Shown here piece after piece: positions 50,948 to 61,200 of a stretch of DNA of 64,000 nucleotides. The notes under the pieces were generated by a model, which saw only the letters and a list, made by a program, of their open reading frames with translations, ran no database searches and was not told the origin of the DNA. The position numbers and the translations under genes are program-made. The stretch is taken from contig CAXXTC010000007.1 of NCBI GenBank assembly GCA_963666925.2, positions 128,001 to 192,000 on the forward strand. The letters are read 5' to 3'. This DNA comes from Phycisphaerae bacterium (GTDB taxonomy: Bacteria; Planctomycetota; Phycisphaerae; UBA1845; Fen-1342). Within the stretch, counting starts at the first letter, position 1; each line of letters starts with the position of its first letter.

Positions 50948-51403
50948 ATGAGACAGACCAAGAAGCTGGCCCGCTCGCACAAGCGGGCATTCACCCTGCT
51001 CGAAGTCCTGATGGTGGTGGTAATCCTCGGCCTGCTGGCCGCGTTCGTGGTGCCGAACTTCTTCGGTGCCCAGCGGCGTGCCGAAGAGGACCTGGCGTCC
51101 GCCGCGGTCACCGGCAGTATCCCCAGCGCGCTGAAGATGTACCGTATGCACATGGGGCGCTACCCGGGCGAGGATGACGGCAACCTGATGGCGCTGGTCG
51201 AGAAGCCCGAGGACGAAGAAGAGGCCGAGAAGTGGGCGGGTCCGTACATCGAGGACGCTGAGCAGCTCAAGGACCCCTGGGGCCACGAGTACGTCTATGA
51301 ATATCCCGGGACGTACAACGAGGACGGGTTTGACCTGTACAGCATCGGTCCCGATGGCTCAGAAGGCACCGACGACGATATCAAGAACTGGGAAGAGTCC
51401 TGA
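50948..51403 (+). CDS. gspG: Major pseudopilin GspG
   Basis: A|FTLLEVLMVV; GRYP, WAGPY, KDPWG, DLYSIGPDG...DDDIKNW. Confidence 0.95.
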   Translation: MRQTKKLARSHKRAFTLLEVLMVVVILGLLAAFVVPNFFGAQRRAEEDLASAAVTGSIPSALKMYRMHMGRYPGEDDGNLMALVEKPEDEEEAEKWAGPYIEDAEQLKDPWGHEYVYEYPGTYNEDGFDLYSIGPDGSEGTDDDIKNWEES

Positions 51404-51509
51404 TCGTCGCCGAACCCGGCTCCAGCCCACGCGGACTGAACCAGACGTGGCCGCACCGGGTGCCCGGTCGCATGTGCCGGAGCCCGGATCCGGCGCTGCG
51501 AGGCATTGT

Positions 51510-52178
51510 GTGAACTTCTCAGGTCGACAGCGCGGCGCGTTCACCCTGCTAGAGGTCATGCTGGTGATCACCATCATCGGCGTGATCGCGGCTTTTGCCT
51601 GGCCTGATTTCCAGGCCGCGAGCCAGTCGGAGCAACTGACTGAATCCGCGCGGCGCATGCAGGCGGTGCTCGCGATGTGTCGGGCCGAGGCGATGAACAC
51701 GGCGCGTCGCCACCGGATCGAGTTCGAGATCGACGGCACCATCAGGATCGAGCGGCAACTGGACCCGATGTGGGCGCCGCACATCTATGACCGGGTGCGC
51801 GAGGGCTGGGCCATGGTTCAGATCCTCTCGGACGACGTCTGGGTGAGCGACCTGGAGGTGTTGGCGGAGGGGCCGCCGCCGATCCAGATCATCGACGACA
51901 ACCTGGAGTTGCCGGACACGGAGATCGACCCGCTGCCGATCGAGGAATACGACTTGGCGGTGGCGGTGGATATCGAGCCGGACGGATCCTGCCCGTCGGT
52001 GCGCTGGGTGTTGCGGGACGAGACCGGTCGCGGGTTGCTGTGCACGCTGGACGGCCGGCTGGGGCGCATGGTTTTCGAGTCGTGGGAGCGTCTGAGCGAG
52101 GATGACGTGTTGCGACCGGAGCCGGTTGAGGCCAAGCAGTACGACGACTACGAGGTGGAGGATTTCAAGCGGAGATGA
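51510..52178 (+). CDS. Minor pseudopilin, GspH-like
   Basis: A|FTLLEVMLV class III signal peptide; position; start uncertain. Confidence 0.8.
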   Translation: MNFSGRQRGAFTLLEVMLVITIIGVIAAFAWPDFQAASQSEQLTESARRMQAVLAMCRAEAMNTARRHRIEFEIDGTIRIERQLDPMWAPHIYDRVREGWAMVQILSDDVWVSDLEVLAEGPPPIQIIDDNLELPDTEIDPLPIEEYDLAVAVDIEPDGSCPSVRWVLRDETGRGLLCTLDGRLGRMVFESWERLSEDDVLRPEPVEAKQYDDYEVEDFKRR

Positions 52179-53104
52179 CCGGAGCGCGGCGTACAACCCG
52201 ATCGCGGGCGGCCCTGCTGCTGGAAGTGGTGGTGTCGTTCGCGGTGATGACGGGCGCGTTGGGCCTGCTGGCGGCACAACTGGCCAGCGGGATCGACGTG
52301 GCCATCTACGCCGAGGAACAGCTCCGTGCTATGCAACTGGCCGACCAGATTCTCTACCGCTTCGAGCTGGACCTCGAGCTGCAACAGGAGATCGTCGAGG
52401 CCGAGCAGGTCGAGGAGGAGTTCGGCGACGCCTATCCGGGTTGGTTCTGGCGGGTGACTATCGAGGACCTGGAGCGCGACGAGGAGGAGCTCAAGCTGGT
52501 CACGATCCAGGTGTTGTACCAGCGTGATAAGGATTCCCCGGAGCGGATCGACGGCGCCGACGCGATGCGGACGCTGGCGCTGGTTTGGACGGAACAGGCC
52601 CGGCTCAATTTGATCGAGGACGGTGGGTTGAGCGAGGAGCAGGTCGAGCTGCTGCGCCAGACCATTCCGATTCCGGATTTCGATCCGACCGCCGTCAACA
52701 TTCACCAACTTGTCGGGCTGGATCCGGACATGATGTTGCAGTTGCTGCCGATGTTGACGGCCTTGCTGGGCCAGTCGTCGGGTGTGACGGACGCGTTGGG
52801 TCAGTTGGGCGAGGACGGGTTGCCGTCCGGGTGGGATCAGCTTTCTTCCGACCAACAGGCCCAGCTCCAGCAATTGCTCGATCTGCGTGATCAACTGAGC
52901 GGCGAGGGGGGCGGCGAGGAGGATGGTGGGCAGGGTTCGGGTGGCAATGGCCGGAGCGGAGACGTTTCAAGCAAGGACGATACGGATGATGACGGCGAGA
53001 TGACGCTGGAGCCCGGCGGCGGGTCTGGTCCGGACGGACAGTACACGCTCGAGGACCTGATGCGTTTGCGTGACCAGTATCGGCGTAGCCAGGGGGGGCG
53101 CTGA
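52175..53104 (+). CDS. Minor pseudopilin, GspI-like, with long acidic extension
   Basis: RSRA|ALLLEVVV; WFWRVTI. Confidence 0.7.
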   Translation: MTGARRTTRSRAALLLEVVVSFAVMTGALGLLAAQLASGIDVAIYAEEQLRAMQLADQILYRFELDLELQQEIVEAEQVEEEFGDAYPGWFWRVTIEDLERDEEELKLVTIQVLYQRDKDSPERIDGADAMRTLALVWTEQARLNLIEDGGLSEEQVELLRQTIPIPDFDPTAVNIHQLVGLDPDMMLQLLPMLTALLGQSSGVTDALGQLGEDGLPSGWDQLSSDQQAQLQQLLDLRDQLSGEGGGEEDGGQGSGGNGRSGDVSSKDDTDDDGEMTLEPGGGSGPDGQYTLEDLMRLRDQYRRSQGGR

Positions 53105-53988
53105 TGTCACGCCGGCGACTCCGCGCCATGACTCTGTTCGAGGTGGTGATCTCGATCGCACTGATCGGCATGCTGCTCGGTTCGCTGACGACGTTTTTCC
53201 ACCGCACCCTGACCGCTCGCGAGGAAGTTACCCGCGAGATGGATCGCACGCAGTTGGCGCAGCAGATGTTGCTGCGCATGGCCGACGAGCTGCGCGGCTG
53301 CATCGCTCGCGAGGACCTCGGTTATGAGCTGACGCAGTTTGAGGGCGATCGGCGCAGCATTACGTTCGTGACCTGCCCGTTGCCGCCGACAGAGTCGTAC
53401 GCTTTTTTCCGCCAGTCGGAGTATGCGCCGCCGCCGCGCTATGACCTGCGCGAGGTTACCTACGAGCTTTGGATCGATCCCGACGACGAGACCGACGAGG
53501 GAGATCCGCTGGTAGCGGGCATCCTGCGCACCGAACAGCGCGCGCTGCTGCCCTACGAGACCGAGGAAGATGTGCCCGAGGGTGCGGATCTGGGCTGGCT
53601 GCGCCGCGACTTGTGGGCGCCGGAGCTGGGTTACCTGGAGTTTCGCTACTACGACGGCGTGGAGTGGAGCACGAGCTGGTCCGTCGAGCAGGGCAATCCG
53701 CTGCCGCATCTGGTTCAGATCACGGTCGGGTTCGACTCGCTGCTGCGCGAGGAGCTGGACGACCAGGACCTGGATCAGTACCCGATCGAGGACGAGGACT
53801 ACGAGCTTGGCCCGGACGTACCCGATCCTGACCGCTACAGCCTGATTGTGCGTATTCCCGCGGCCGACGAGATGTTCACCGCCCGGCTATATCGGCTCAG
53901 CAGTGACGTTGACGAGGTTTACGAGTTCATGGGCACCTCGACGGAGAGCGAATCCGACGAGGGTGAGAGTGAGGGGGAGGACTGGTGA
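53104..53988 (+). CDS. Minor pseudopilin, GspJ-like
   Basis: RA|MTLFEVVI; LEFRYYDG...W...W...LPHLVQI GspJ signature. Confidence 0.82.
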   Translation: MSRRRLRAMTLFEVVISIALIGMLLGSLTTFFHRTLTAREEVTREMDRTQLAQQMLLRMADELRGCIAREDLGYELTQFEGDRRSITFVTCPLPPTESYAFFRQSEYAPPPRYDLREVTYELWIDPDDETDEGDPLVAGILRTEQRALLPYETEEDVPEGADLGWLRRDLWAPELGYLEFRYYDGVEWSTSWSVEQGNPLPHLVQITVGFDSLLREELDDQDLDQYPIEDEDYELGPDVPDPDRYSLIVRIPAADEMFTARLYRLSSDVDEVYEFMGTSTESESDEGESEGEDW

Positions 53989-55205
53989 TGCGTCTGCGCC
54001 GCCGAGGTCTGGTATTGCCGGTCGTGCTGGTCCTGATCGGGCTGCTCACTCTCATCATGGGCGGATACACGTTTTTCGTGCAGGCGGAATCGTCGGGGAT
54101 CGAGGCTCGCCGCAATGAGCAGCAGGCTCGGCTGACGGCCGAGTCGGCGCTGATCGAGTTGGGCAAGCTGCTGCGTGAATCTCAGGACGATCCGACCGTC
54201 TGGTGGGATGTGCCGGACACATTTCGGCACGTGCTGGTCTGGTCGCCGGATTACATGCGTGACGAGGATCCGGTGAGCAAGATGGGTTCGCGCGAGGATT
54301 TGCTGGGCGAGCCGAACCCGGCGCCGGCCTGGCGCTACAGCATCGTGGCGATGAACATGGACGGCCTGCCGGACACGATGCGTTATGGCATCACGCCCGA
54401 GGCGGGCAAGCTGAACATCAACGCGGCCGAGGAAAGCGAAATCCGCAGCCTGTTTGAAGATGTGCTGATCGACCTGCAACTGGAGAACTGGGGCGAGCTG
54501 GTCGACGCGTTGCTGGACTGGCTGGACGAGGATGACGAGCAACGTTCGCTGGGGGCGGAGAGTGATTACTACAACACGCTCGAACCCGGTTATTACGCCA
54601 AGAACGGCACGCTCGACACGATCGAAGAGCTGTTGATGGTCAAGGGGTTCAGCGCGGCCGTGCTGTATGGGGAGGATGTCAATCGCAACGGCATTCTGGA
54701 TCCGAACGAGGATGATGGGGACGAGACGTTCCCGTTTTATGACAACGGCGACGGGCAGCTCCAGCAGGGGTTGGCACCGTACATCACCGTCTGGTCGCGC
54801 GAGCAGAACGAAGCGGGCGAGACGGTTGCCGGGCTGGTCAACGTGAACACGGCTCCGGTGCGCGTGTTGCAGGCGCTGGAGGGTATGACCCAGTCGGGGG
54901 CCGAGTCGATCGTCGCCTCGCGAGCGGAGCTTGATGGGGAGACGTTGCAGGATTTGCAGTGGGTGGTGGATCAGGGCGCGCTGGACGCGGGCACGTTTTC
55001 GGCGGTACAGGACAAGCTGACGGTCAACGCCAACCAGTTTCACGTGGAGATACTGTCGTATGCCGACCATACCCGGCTCGGTCTGCGCTACGAGTACATC
55101 ATCGAGATGCGCGGGCCCTACGCCCAGGTGGTATACTTCCGGGACCTCACGCGGTTGGGCCTGGCCTGGCCGATTGATGAGGACGATTTCGTAACAACCC
55201 GCTGA
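53985..55205 (+). CDS. gspK: Minor pseudopilin GspK
   Basis: RRRG|LVLPVVL; GKLNIN, LLDWLDED, EELLMVKG, VNVNTAP. Confidence 0.9.
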   Translation: MMRLRRRGLVLPVVLVLIGLLTLIMGGYTFFVQAESSGIEARRNEQQARLTAESALIELGKLLRESQDDPTVWWDVPDTFRHVLVWSPDYMRDEDPVSKMGSREDLLGEPNPAPAWRYSIVAMNMDGLPDTMRYGITPEAGKLNINAAEESEIRSLFEDVLIDLQLENWGELVDALLDWLDEDDEQRSLGAESDYYNTLEPGYYAKNGTLDTIEELLMVKGFSAAVLYGEDVNRNGILDPNEDDGDETFPFYDNGDGQLQQGLAPYITVWSREQNEAGETVAGLVNVNTAPVRVLQALEGMTQSGAESIVASRAELDGETLQDLQWVVDQGALDAGTFSAVQDKLTVNANQFHVEILSYADHTRLGLRYEYIIEMRGPYAQVVYFRDLTRLGLAWPIDEDDFVTTR

Positions 55206-55213
55206 GCGGGCAG

Positions 55214-56815
55214 GTGCTGCAGATGGCTAGACGCGTATTGTGTCTGGATTGGGACAAACGGTCGTTACGGCTAGTGGTGGCGCGGGTCGGCGGCGGGCGA
55301 ACGGTGCTGGAAGATGCCCATTCGCATCGCCTTCCGAACACGGTCGACGCCGACGATCCTCAGGTCCTGGGTGAGTTCATTCGCCAGATGCTCAAACGGC
55401 ATCGGCTGCACCATCGGCGTGCCGTTGTCGATGTGCCGCGCGAGCGTGCGGTGATCAACCGGCTGGCGCTGCCGCCAACGCCGACGGCTGAAGTTGCGGC
55501 GGCCGTGCGTTTTCAGGCCATGAAGGAGTTGCCCTTCCCGGTGGAGTCCGCCGCCATCGATTACGTAATCATGGAGCGTGACGAGAAGGGGCTCGCGGTC
55601 GAGGTGCTGCTGGCTGCGGTGACCAAGGAAACGCTCGAACGCGTCAAGGCGACCTGCGAGGCGGCGGGACTGGCTCCTGCTCGCATCGGCCTGCGACCCT
55701 ATGCGAATCTTCTCAGCGTGCGCCATGTGCACGACGACCCCGAGCAGCGTGTGCTTATGGTCGACGTCGGCCCCGGCGCTACCGAGATCGACGTCGTCTG
55801 TGGCGACGCGCTGGTGTTCTCGCGTTCGGCGAACGTCAATGTGCCGCTGCCCGCCCGCGACGTTACCGAGCATGACGATTCGAGCGTCATTCCGATGCCC
55901 GACGCCGCTGACCTGGACAGCAGCGACGCGGCCGTCGAGTCGGCCACCGAAGAACTGCTGGTCGAGGTGATGCGGACCTTGCAGGCCTATCGCGCCAGCG
56001 AGTCCGACGCCACGATCGACCACGTCATGGTCGCCGGTGGAACCGGCATCGAGTCGCAGTTTGCCGATCGGCTGAACCAGCGGCTGGGTTACCCGGCGTC
56101 ACTGTTCGATCCGACCGGCCCGCTGGATGTTGACCCTGGTAACGCGCCCAAATTGCGGTCGTTTTCGGCCGCTCTCGGGCTGGCGTGGGGGCTGGGTCGC
56201 GAAGAACTGCTGGCGCTGGATTTCCTCAACCCGAAGCAGCCCGTTTCGGCCCGCGACGTGTTACGCCGGCGCCTGCGGATGGCCGGCTTGGCGGCGGTGC
56301 TGGTGCTGGTGGCGACGGGCGGCACAATTATCAAGTTCTACCAGGATCGGGCCGGTCGCCTGGCGGCGATTACCGACAAAAACAACGAGTTGTGGGAGGA
56401 CGTCAAGGCCCGGACTGAGGTTGCCAATCGGGTCAGCGAAGCCGAGGAGTGGGCGGTCGAGGTGGTCTGGCCGGAGGAATTGCTGACGCTGACGCAATTG
56501 GCTCTGGACCCGGGTCAGCGCATGCTGGTGCAGGAGGTGGCGTTCGACATCGCCTCGCGCAACCCGGGAATCACGTTACGAAAGGTATACGTTGAGGATT
56601 GGGAGGTGCCGACCGATTTTGTCAAGAGTCTGGCGAAGCTGACGGTCGACGGCACGCATCCCTACGAGGCGCGGCAGGAAACCTGGAACCCCGTGGAGGG
56701 GGCCCGGTTTCATGGTAGCACGGATATTCATATTGGGTTGCGCGAGTTGCGCGAGTATCGCGAGAACGCGAAACAGCGCATCAAGGAGCGGCGCGCGCTG
56801 CTCCGCAATCCCTGA
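55214..56815 (+). CDS. PilM-PilN fusion (GspL-like architecture)
   Basis: LDWD actin-like N-terminus, VAGG, LDFLNP, TM, periplasmic C-terminus. Confidence 0.78.
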   Translation: MLQMARRVLCLDWDKRSLRLVVARVGGGRTVLEDAHSHRLPNTVDADDPQVLGEFIRQMLKRHRLHHRRAVVDVPRERAVINRLALPPTPTAEVAAAVRFQAMKELPFPVESAAIDYVIMERDEKGLAVEVLLAAVTKETLERVKATCEAAGLAPARIGLRPYANLLSVRHVHDDPEQRVLMVDVGPGATEIDVVCGDALVFSRSANVNVPLPARDVTEHDDSSVIPMPDAADLDSSDAAVESATEELLVEVMRTLQAYRASESDATIDHVMVAGGTGIESQFADRLNQRLGYPASLFDPTGPLDVDPGNAPKLRSFSAALGLAWGLGREELLALDFLNPKQPVSARDVLRRRLRMAGLAAVLVLVATGGTIIKFYQDRAGRLAAITDKNNELWEDVKARTEVANRVSEAEEWAVEVVWPEELLTLTQLALDPGQRMLVQEVAFDIASRNPGITLRKVYVEDWEVPTDFVKSLAKLTVDGTHPYEARQETWNPVEGARFHGSTDIHIGLRELREYRENAKQRIKERRALLRNP

Positions 56816-56844
56816 GCATACGCCCGGCGCAATGGAGCGCACTG

Positions 56845-58020
56845 ATGACCGGACGTGAAAGAGTATTGGGACTGTGCCTGGCTGGGGCCGTTGGCGGCTT
56901 TGGCCTCGTGAAGGTCGCCGAGTGGACGGTTGTGAAGCCGTTCAAAGACGTCGATACGCAAATCAAACAGGCCCAGAGTCGGCAATCCAAGCTGAAGAAA
57001 CGTCTCAAAGGGCTGAGCGACATCGAAGAGCGCTGGCAGGGCATGACCCAGCGCACGCTGTCGCGTGATCCGCAGGAAGCCCAACGCCGCTTCCGCGAGG
57101 ATATGCACGAATTGCTTGAGCGGCATGGCCTGGACGAGCCGAAGGTCACGCCCGGCAATTTTGTTGCTCGCAAGAATGATTTTGTTGATGTGCCGCTTAA
57201 TATCCGCGCGGCAGGCACGTTGCGCGAGATCGTCGGCTTTTTGACGGACTTCTATCGGCGTGATTACCTGGCCCGGATCGACAAGGTCACGATTGCCGCG
57301 GACCAGGGTGTGATCAACAGCGTCAACAATCCGCGGCACGGCGGCGGCGGTCGGCGTGGGCGTGGGTCGCGCGAGCGCGGCACGAGCATCGGTCCGGAGG
57401 GGCCGACGTTGCGCTTCAGTGTGTCGGCCGTGACGGTCGTGTTGCCCGATGTGAAAGACGTGGAGCACCTGATTCTGGACGAGATTACGGAGCAGGATCG
57501 TGGTCGGCTGGTTCGGGCGCCGGAAGAGTACACGGAGATATTCGACACGAATATCTTCAAGCCCTACGAGCCGCCGCGGCGGGTTGTGCAGCAGCCCCAA
57601 CCGCAGCCGGAGGAGGAGGAAGAGGAACCGGTCGCAGCAGCGCCGCCCGATCCGACACCTCCGCCGCCGCCCCCGCCTCCTCCTCCGCCCGACTGGCTGG
57701 TTCTGGTGGGTGTGACGGCTGATGACGCTGGCCGCAAGGCCTATGTGCTCGACGAGCGTGAGGCGATGCGCCCGCCGGCCGAGTATTGCGAGAATGCTGA
57801 GGTGGAGGGTGGTGTTCTGCTGCTGATCCACCGTCGCGGCATGGTTATCAGAACCAACGAGGGTGGTACGGTGCGGGACTATTTCTACCCGCTTGGGGCG
57901 AGTTTTGCGGAGCGGGAAGAGCTGGATCCGGAGTGGCATCCTGAGGTCTGGCGGGCGTTGGAGGAGGAGTTTGTCGACTGGGCCAGCCCGGGGGTTGCGG
58001 GGGTTGCCCGCTCAGACTAG
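56845..58020 (+). CDS. PilO/GspM-like protein fused via a poly-Pro linker to a PilP/GspC-like domain
   Basis: MTGRERVL + TM + coiled coil, NIFKPY, poly-Pro, LVLVGV...AYV. Confidence 0.6.
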   Translation: MTGRERVLGLCLAGAVGGFGLVKVAEWTVVKPFKDVDTQIKQAQSRQSKLKKRLKGLSDIEERWQGMTQRTLSRDPQEAQRRFREDMHELLERHGLDEPKVTPGNFVARKNDFVDVPLNIRAAGTLREIVGFLTDFYRRDYLARIDKVTIAADQGVINSVNNPRHGGGGRRGRGSRERGTSIGPEGPTLRFSVSAVTVVLPDVKDVEHLILDEITEQDRGRLVRAPEEYTEIFDTNIFKPYEPPRRVVQQPQPQPEEEEEEPVAAAPPDPTPPPPPPPPPPPDWLVLVGVTADDAGRKAYVLDEREAMRPPAEYCENAEVEGGVLLLIHRRGMVIRTNEGGTVRDYFYPLGASFAEREELDPEWHPEVWRALEEEFVDWASPGVAGVARSD

Positions 58021-58296
58021 CTAAGTGGCCGATTGGGCTGACTTTGCGTCTCCGACAAAGTGGCAGAATCGGTTGTTTTCGGACTGCCACCCCAGGGGGT
58101 TTTCAGTGTATAAATAGCGGACCTGGCCAGGGCTGGAGCGGGGTTGTCGTCCAGCCCGGTCGGGAGCCGTTCTGACGGAGCAAGCGGCGGACCTGTCGAG
58201 CACTGGGGCCGACCGGCGCGGCGGCTCCGCAAGATTCAGAAGTAATGCGAGTCCGACCAGCGGGCTTGCTGCTGTAACTCCACACGAGGTGAGAGC

Positions 58297-61200
58297 ATGA
58301 CGCGAGGGATTCTCCAGCGCGGGCTTGGAACCCTGACGGTCTTTGTATTGCTCGGATGGGCAGCGGACGCGACGTGGGCGCAGGACGCACCGGTGTCAAA
58401 GTCCGATAGCCTTCGGGCCGAACAACCGCCGACTACCCAGCCCACCGATCTCGACGACACCGAGTCGCTGCGCGCGCTGATTCAGCGTCGGGCCGAGGAG
58501 GCGCGTCGTCGCCACGAGCAGGAGCAGGCTGAGCGGGATGCCAATCCGGCCCCGCGCCGCTCGCGTCCCACGATGCAGGACGCGCACAAGCGCGATCAGT
58601 CGCCAGCGCAACCGGCGGAGTTGCCGTCGGCGCCGGCGAAGTCGGAATCGGCCGGTGCCGATCGGCGGGCTGCTCCGCGCAGTCAGGCTGCGCCTCCGAA
58701 GAGTGACGAGCAACGCCTCAGCGATGTCCCGGCCGATTTCGTTGGCCCGCCGAGTTTTCTCTCTTCTGGCGCGGACGCGCCCGCCGGCGCGGCCCCCACG
58801 CCGCCGCAACTCCGTGATCGTTCGCAGCGCCAGCGTGGTGGTGCGCCGCGCGCAGACGTGCCGCCGGCCGGTGAGGCGGGCGAAGCGGGCGTCGATGTGC
58901 CCGAGCGCCGTACTCAGGCTGACGGCGACGAGTACTGGTTCAACTTCGAGGACATGCCGTGGGAAGATGTGATCATGGTCTTCGTCGAGCGGCTGGGTAA
59001 GCCGCTCATGACGAGCGAGGGAGACCTGATCATCGGCGGGACGTTGACGTACGTCACGGAGCGCGAGTTCACCAAGGAAGAGGCGATCGATGAGCTGAAC
59101 CTGATCATGCAGGAGAAGGGCTATCGCTTCGTCGAGCAGGAACATCACATCCGGGTGATCCCGACCGCGGAGATGCCGCAGTGGGTTCCGGTTTCGGAGA
59201 CGTTCCCGTCGGTGGCGGCGTTCGAGGAAGCCAATCCGCGCGACATGGACTACGTCACGGTCTATTACCAGGTCGAGGACGTTTCGGCCGACGTGTACGT
59301 TGACGCGTTCAACGACGTGATGCCGATCTACGCCCGGCTGTCGAGCCTGGACGACAGCAACCAGATCAAGATGGTTGCGCTGGCCCGGGACATTCGCAAG
59401 TTCCTGGCGCTCAAGGACCTCATCGATATTTCGCCGCGCGACCCACGCGAGCTGCGCATTTTCGACATCAAGACGAACGCGCGTGACATCGAGCGACTGC
59501 TGCGTGACTTCCTCGACCTGAGCAGCGGTCGCATCCAGATGGTGCGTGATCCGAAGACCAAGCGCATGGTGCCGCAGCGCACTGCTGGCAGCAGCAGCAC
59601 CCAGGACGTGCAGATGGTCGCGGACGAGCGGACCAACTCGATCATCGTCAAGGCGAACAGGGATCGGCTTGAGGAGATCGCCCAACTGATCGAGCAGTTT
59701 GATCAGAAGCCGGACCTGGGCGAGTTTGGCACGCACGTGATCGAGGTGCAGCACGCCGACGCGACCGAGGTGGCCAACCTGCTGAACCAGATCTTCCAGC
59801 AGGAGCAGGGGCAGTCGCGTACGCCGGCCTGGCAGCGGATCCAGCAGATCCGGCAGCGCACGCAGCGCGGGCGCAATACGCGGCGACAGCCGGCGCGGCG
59901 GACGCAGGTCAAGACCGACACGACTACGCCGCAGGACATTCTGGCGGAGGGCATCTTCGAGCGTGCCAAGAAGACCATCCGGCTGGTGGCCGATTCGCGT
60001 ATGAATGCGCTGATCGTGTACGCCAACGAGGAAGGTATGCAGCGTGTGCGCGAGTTGCTCGAAGTGCTCGACAAGCCGCAGGTCGACAACTTCCGGACGA
60101 TCGAGCTTCAGGAGGCCGACGTTGCGGACGTGGCCCCGATGCTTTCGCAGATCGTCGGCGAGATGGGCAAGACGACGGTACGCGGGCGCGGCAACGCGCC
60201 GGAGATCGTTCCGGACGAGTCCCGCAACGTCCTGTACGTCTTCGCGGAGCGCGACGAGATGCAGCGCATCGAGATGCTGGTCGCGCAGCTCGACGTGCCC
60301 GGGCCTGAGGAAGAGCGTCACATAATCGAGTTGGAGAACCTGCGTCCGAGCCAGGTGGCTCAGATGGTGCAGACGTTGCTGGCCGACGGGAGCGGTAGCA
60401 GCGGCGCGTCGCGCAGTGCGGCGCGGCGCAACATCCGCGGCCGGTTGCGCGGCGGGCGCACGTCTGGTGGGGCGGTTGCGAGAAGCGGCCAGGATTACCA
60501 GGTGATTCCGCTGGACGAGGCCCAGATCCTGATCGTGATCTGTGCGGATGACGACTGGCAGAAGATCGACGAGACGGTAAAGCTGTGGGATAGCCGGGCG
60601 ACCACCAATACGCCCCGGCTGGCGACGTTCACGATCGAGAAGGCGGATGCGGACACGATTGCCGCGACGCTTAGCAATCTGTACCGCTCGTATCAGCATC
60701 CGGTGTTTGGCCGCGTGCCGGTGTATATCCAATCCGAGGGCAACCGCCTGCTGGTCTACAGCATTCAGCCGGCGATTGACGAGATCAGTGCTCTGATCGA
60801 GGGTCTGGACGTCGAGGGGATGCAGGACCAGGTTGAAATTCTGCCGCTGGTGCACGCCGACGCGAGCACGGTTGCGCAGCAGGTGCAGAGCATGGTGGGG
60901 GGGCAGCTCATGAGTCGCGGTCGCGGTCGCGGCGGCGTGCTGTCGGGCCCGATGATCCAGGCTGAGGCGGTGACCAATTCGCTGATCGTGCAGGCGGACG
61001 CGAAGGATATGGAACGTGTTCGCGAGTTGGCCATGCGTCTGGACCAGGCGGTCGGGGCGCAGGCGCCGGCGCGTGAGTTTCTCACGCCGCGGTATGCCGA
61101 CCCGCGCCAGGTGGCCCAGGCCATCTCGCAGGTGTTTGGCAGCAGTGGTGGCGGGCGGCGCGGCCGCGTGCCGACCGGGTCAGCGGTGTCGGCGCTGGCG

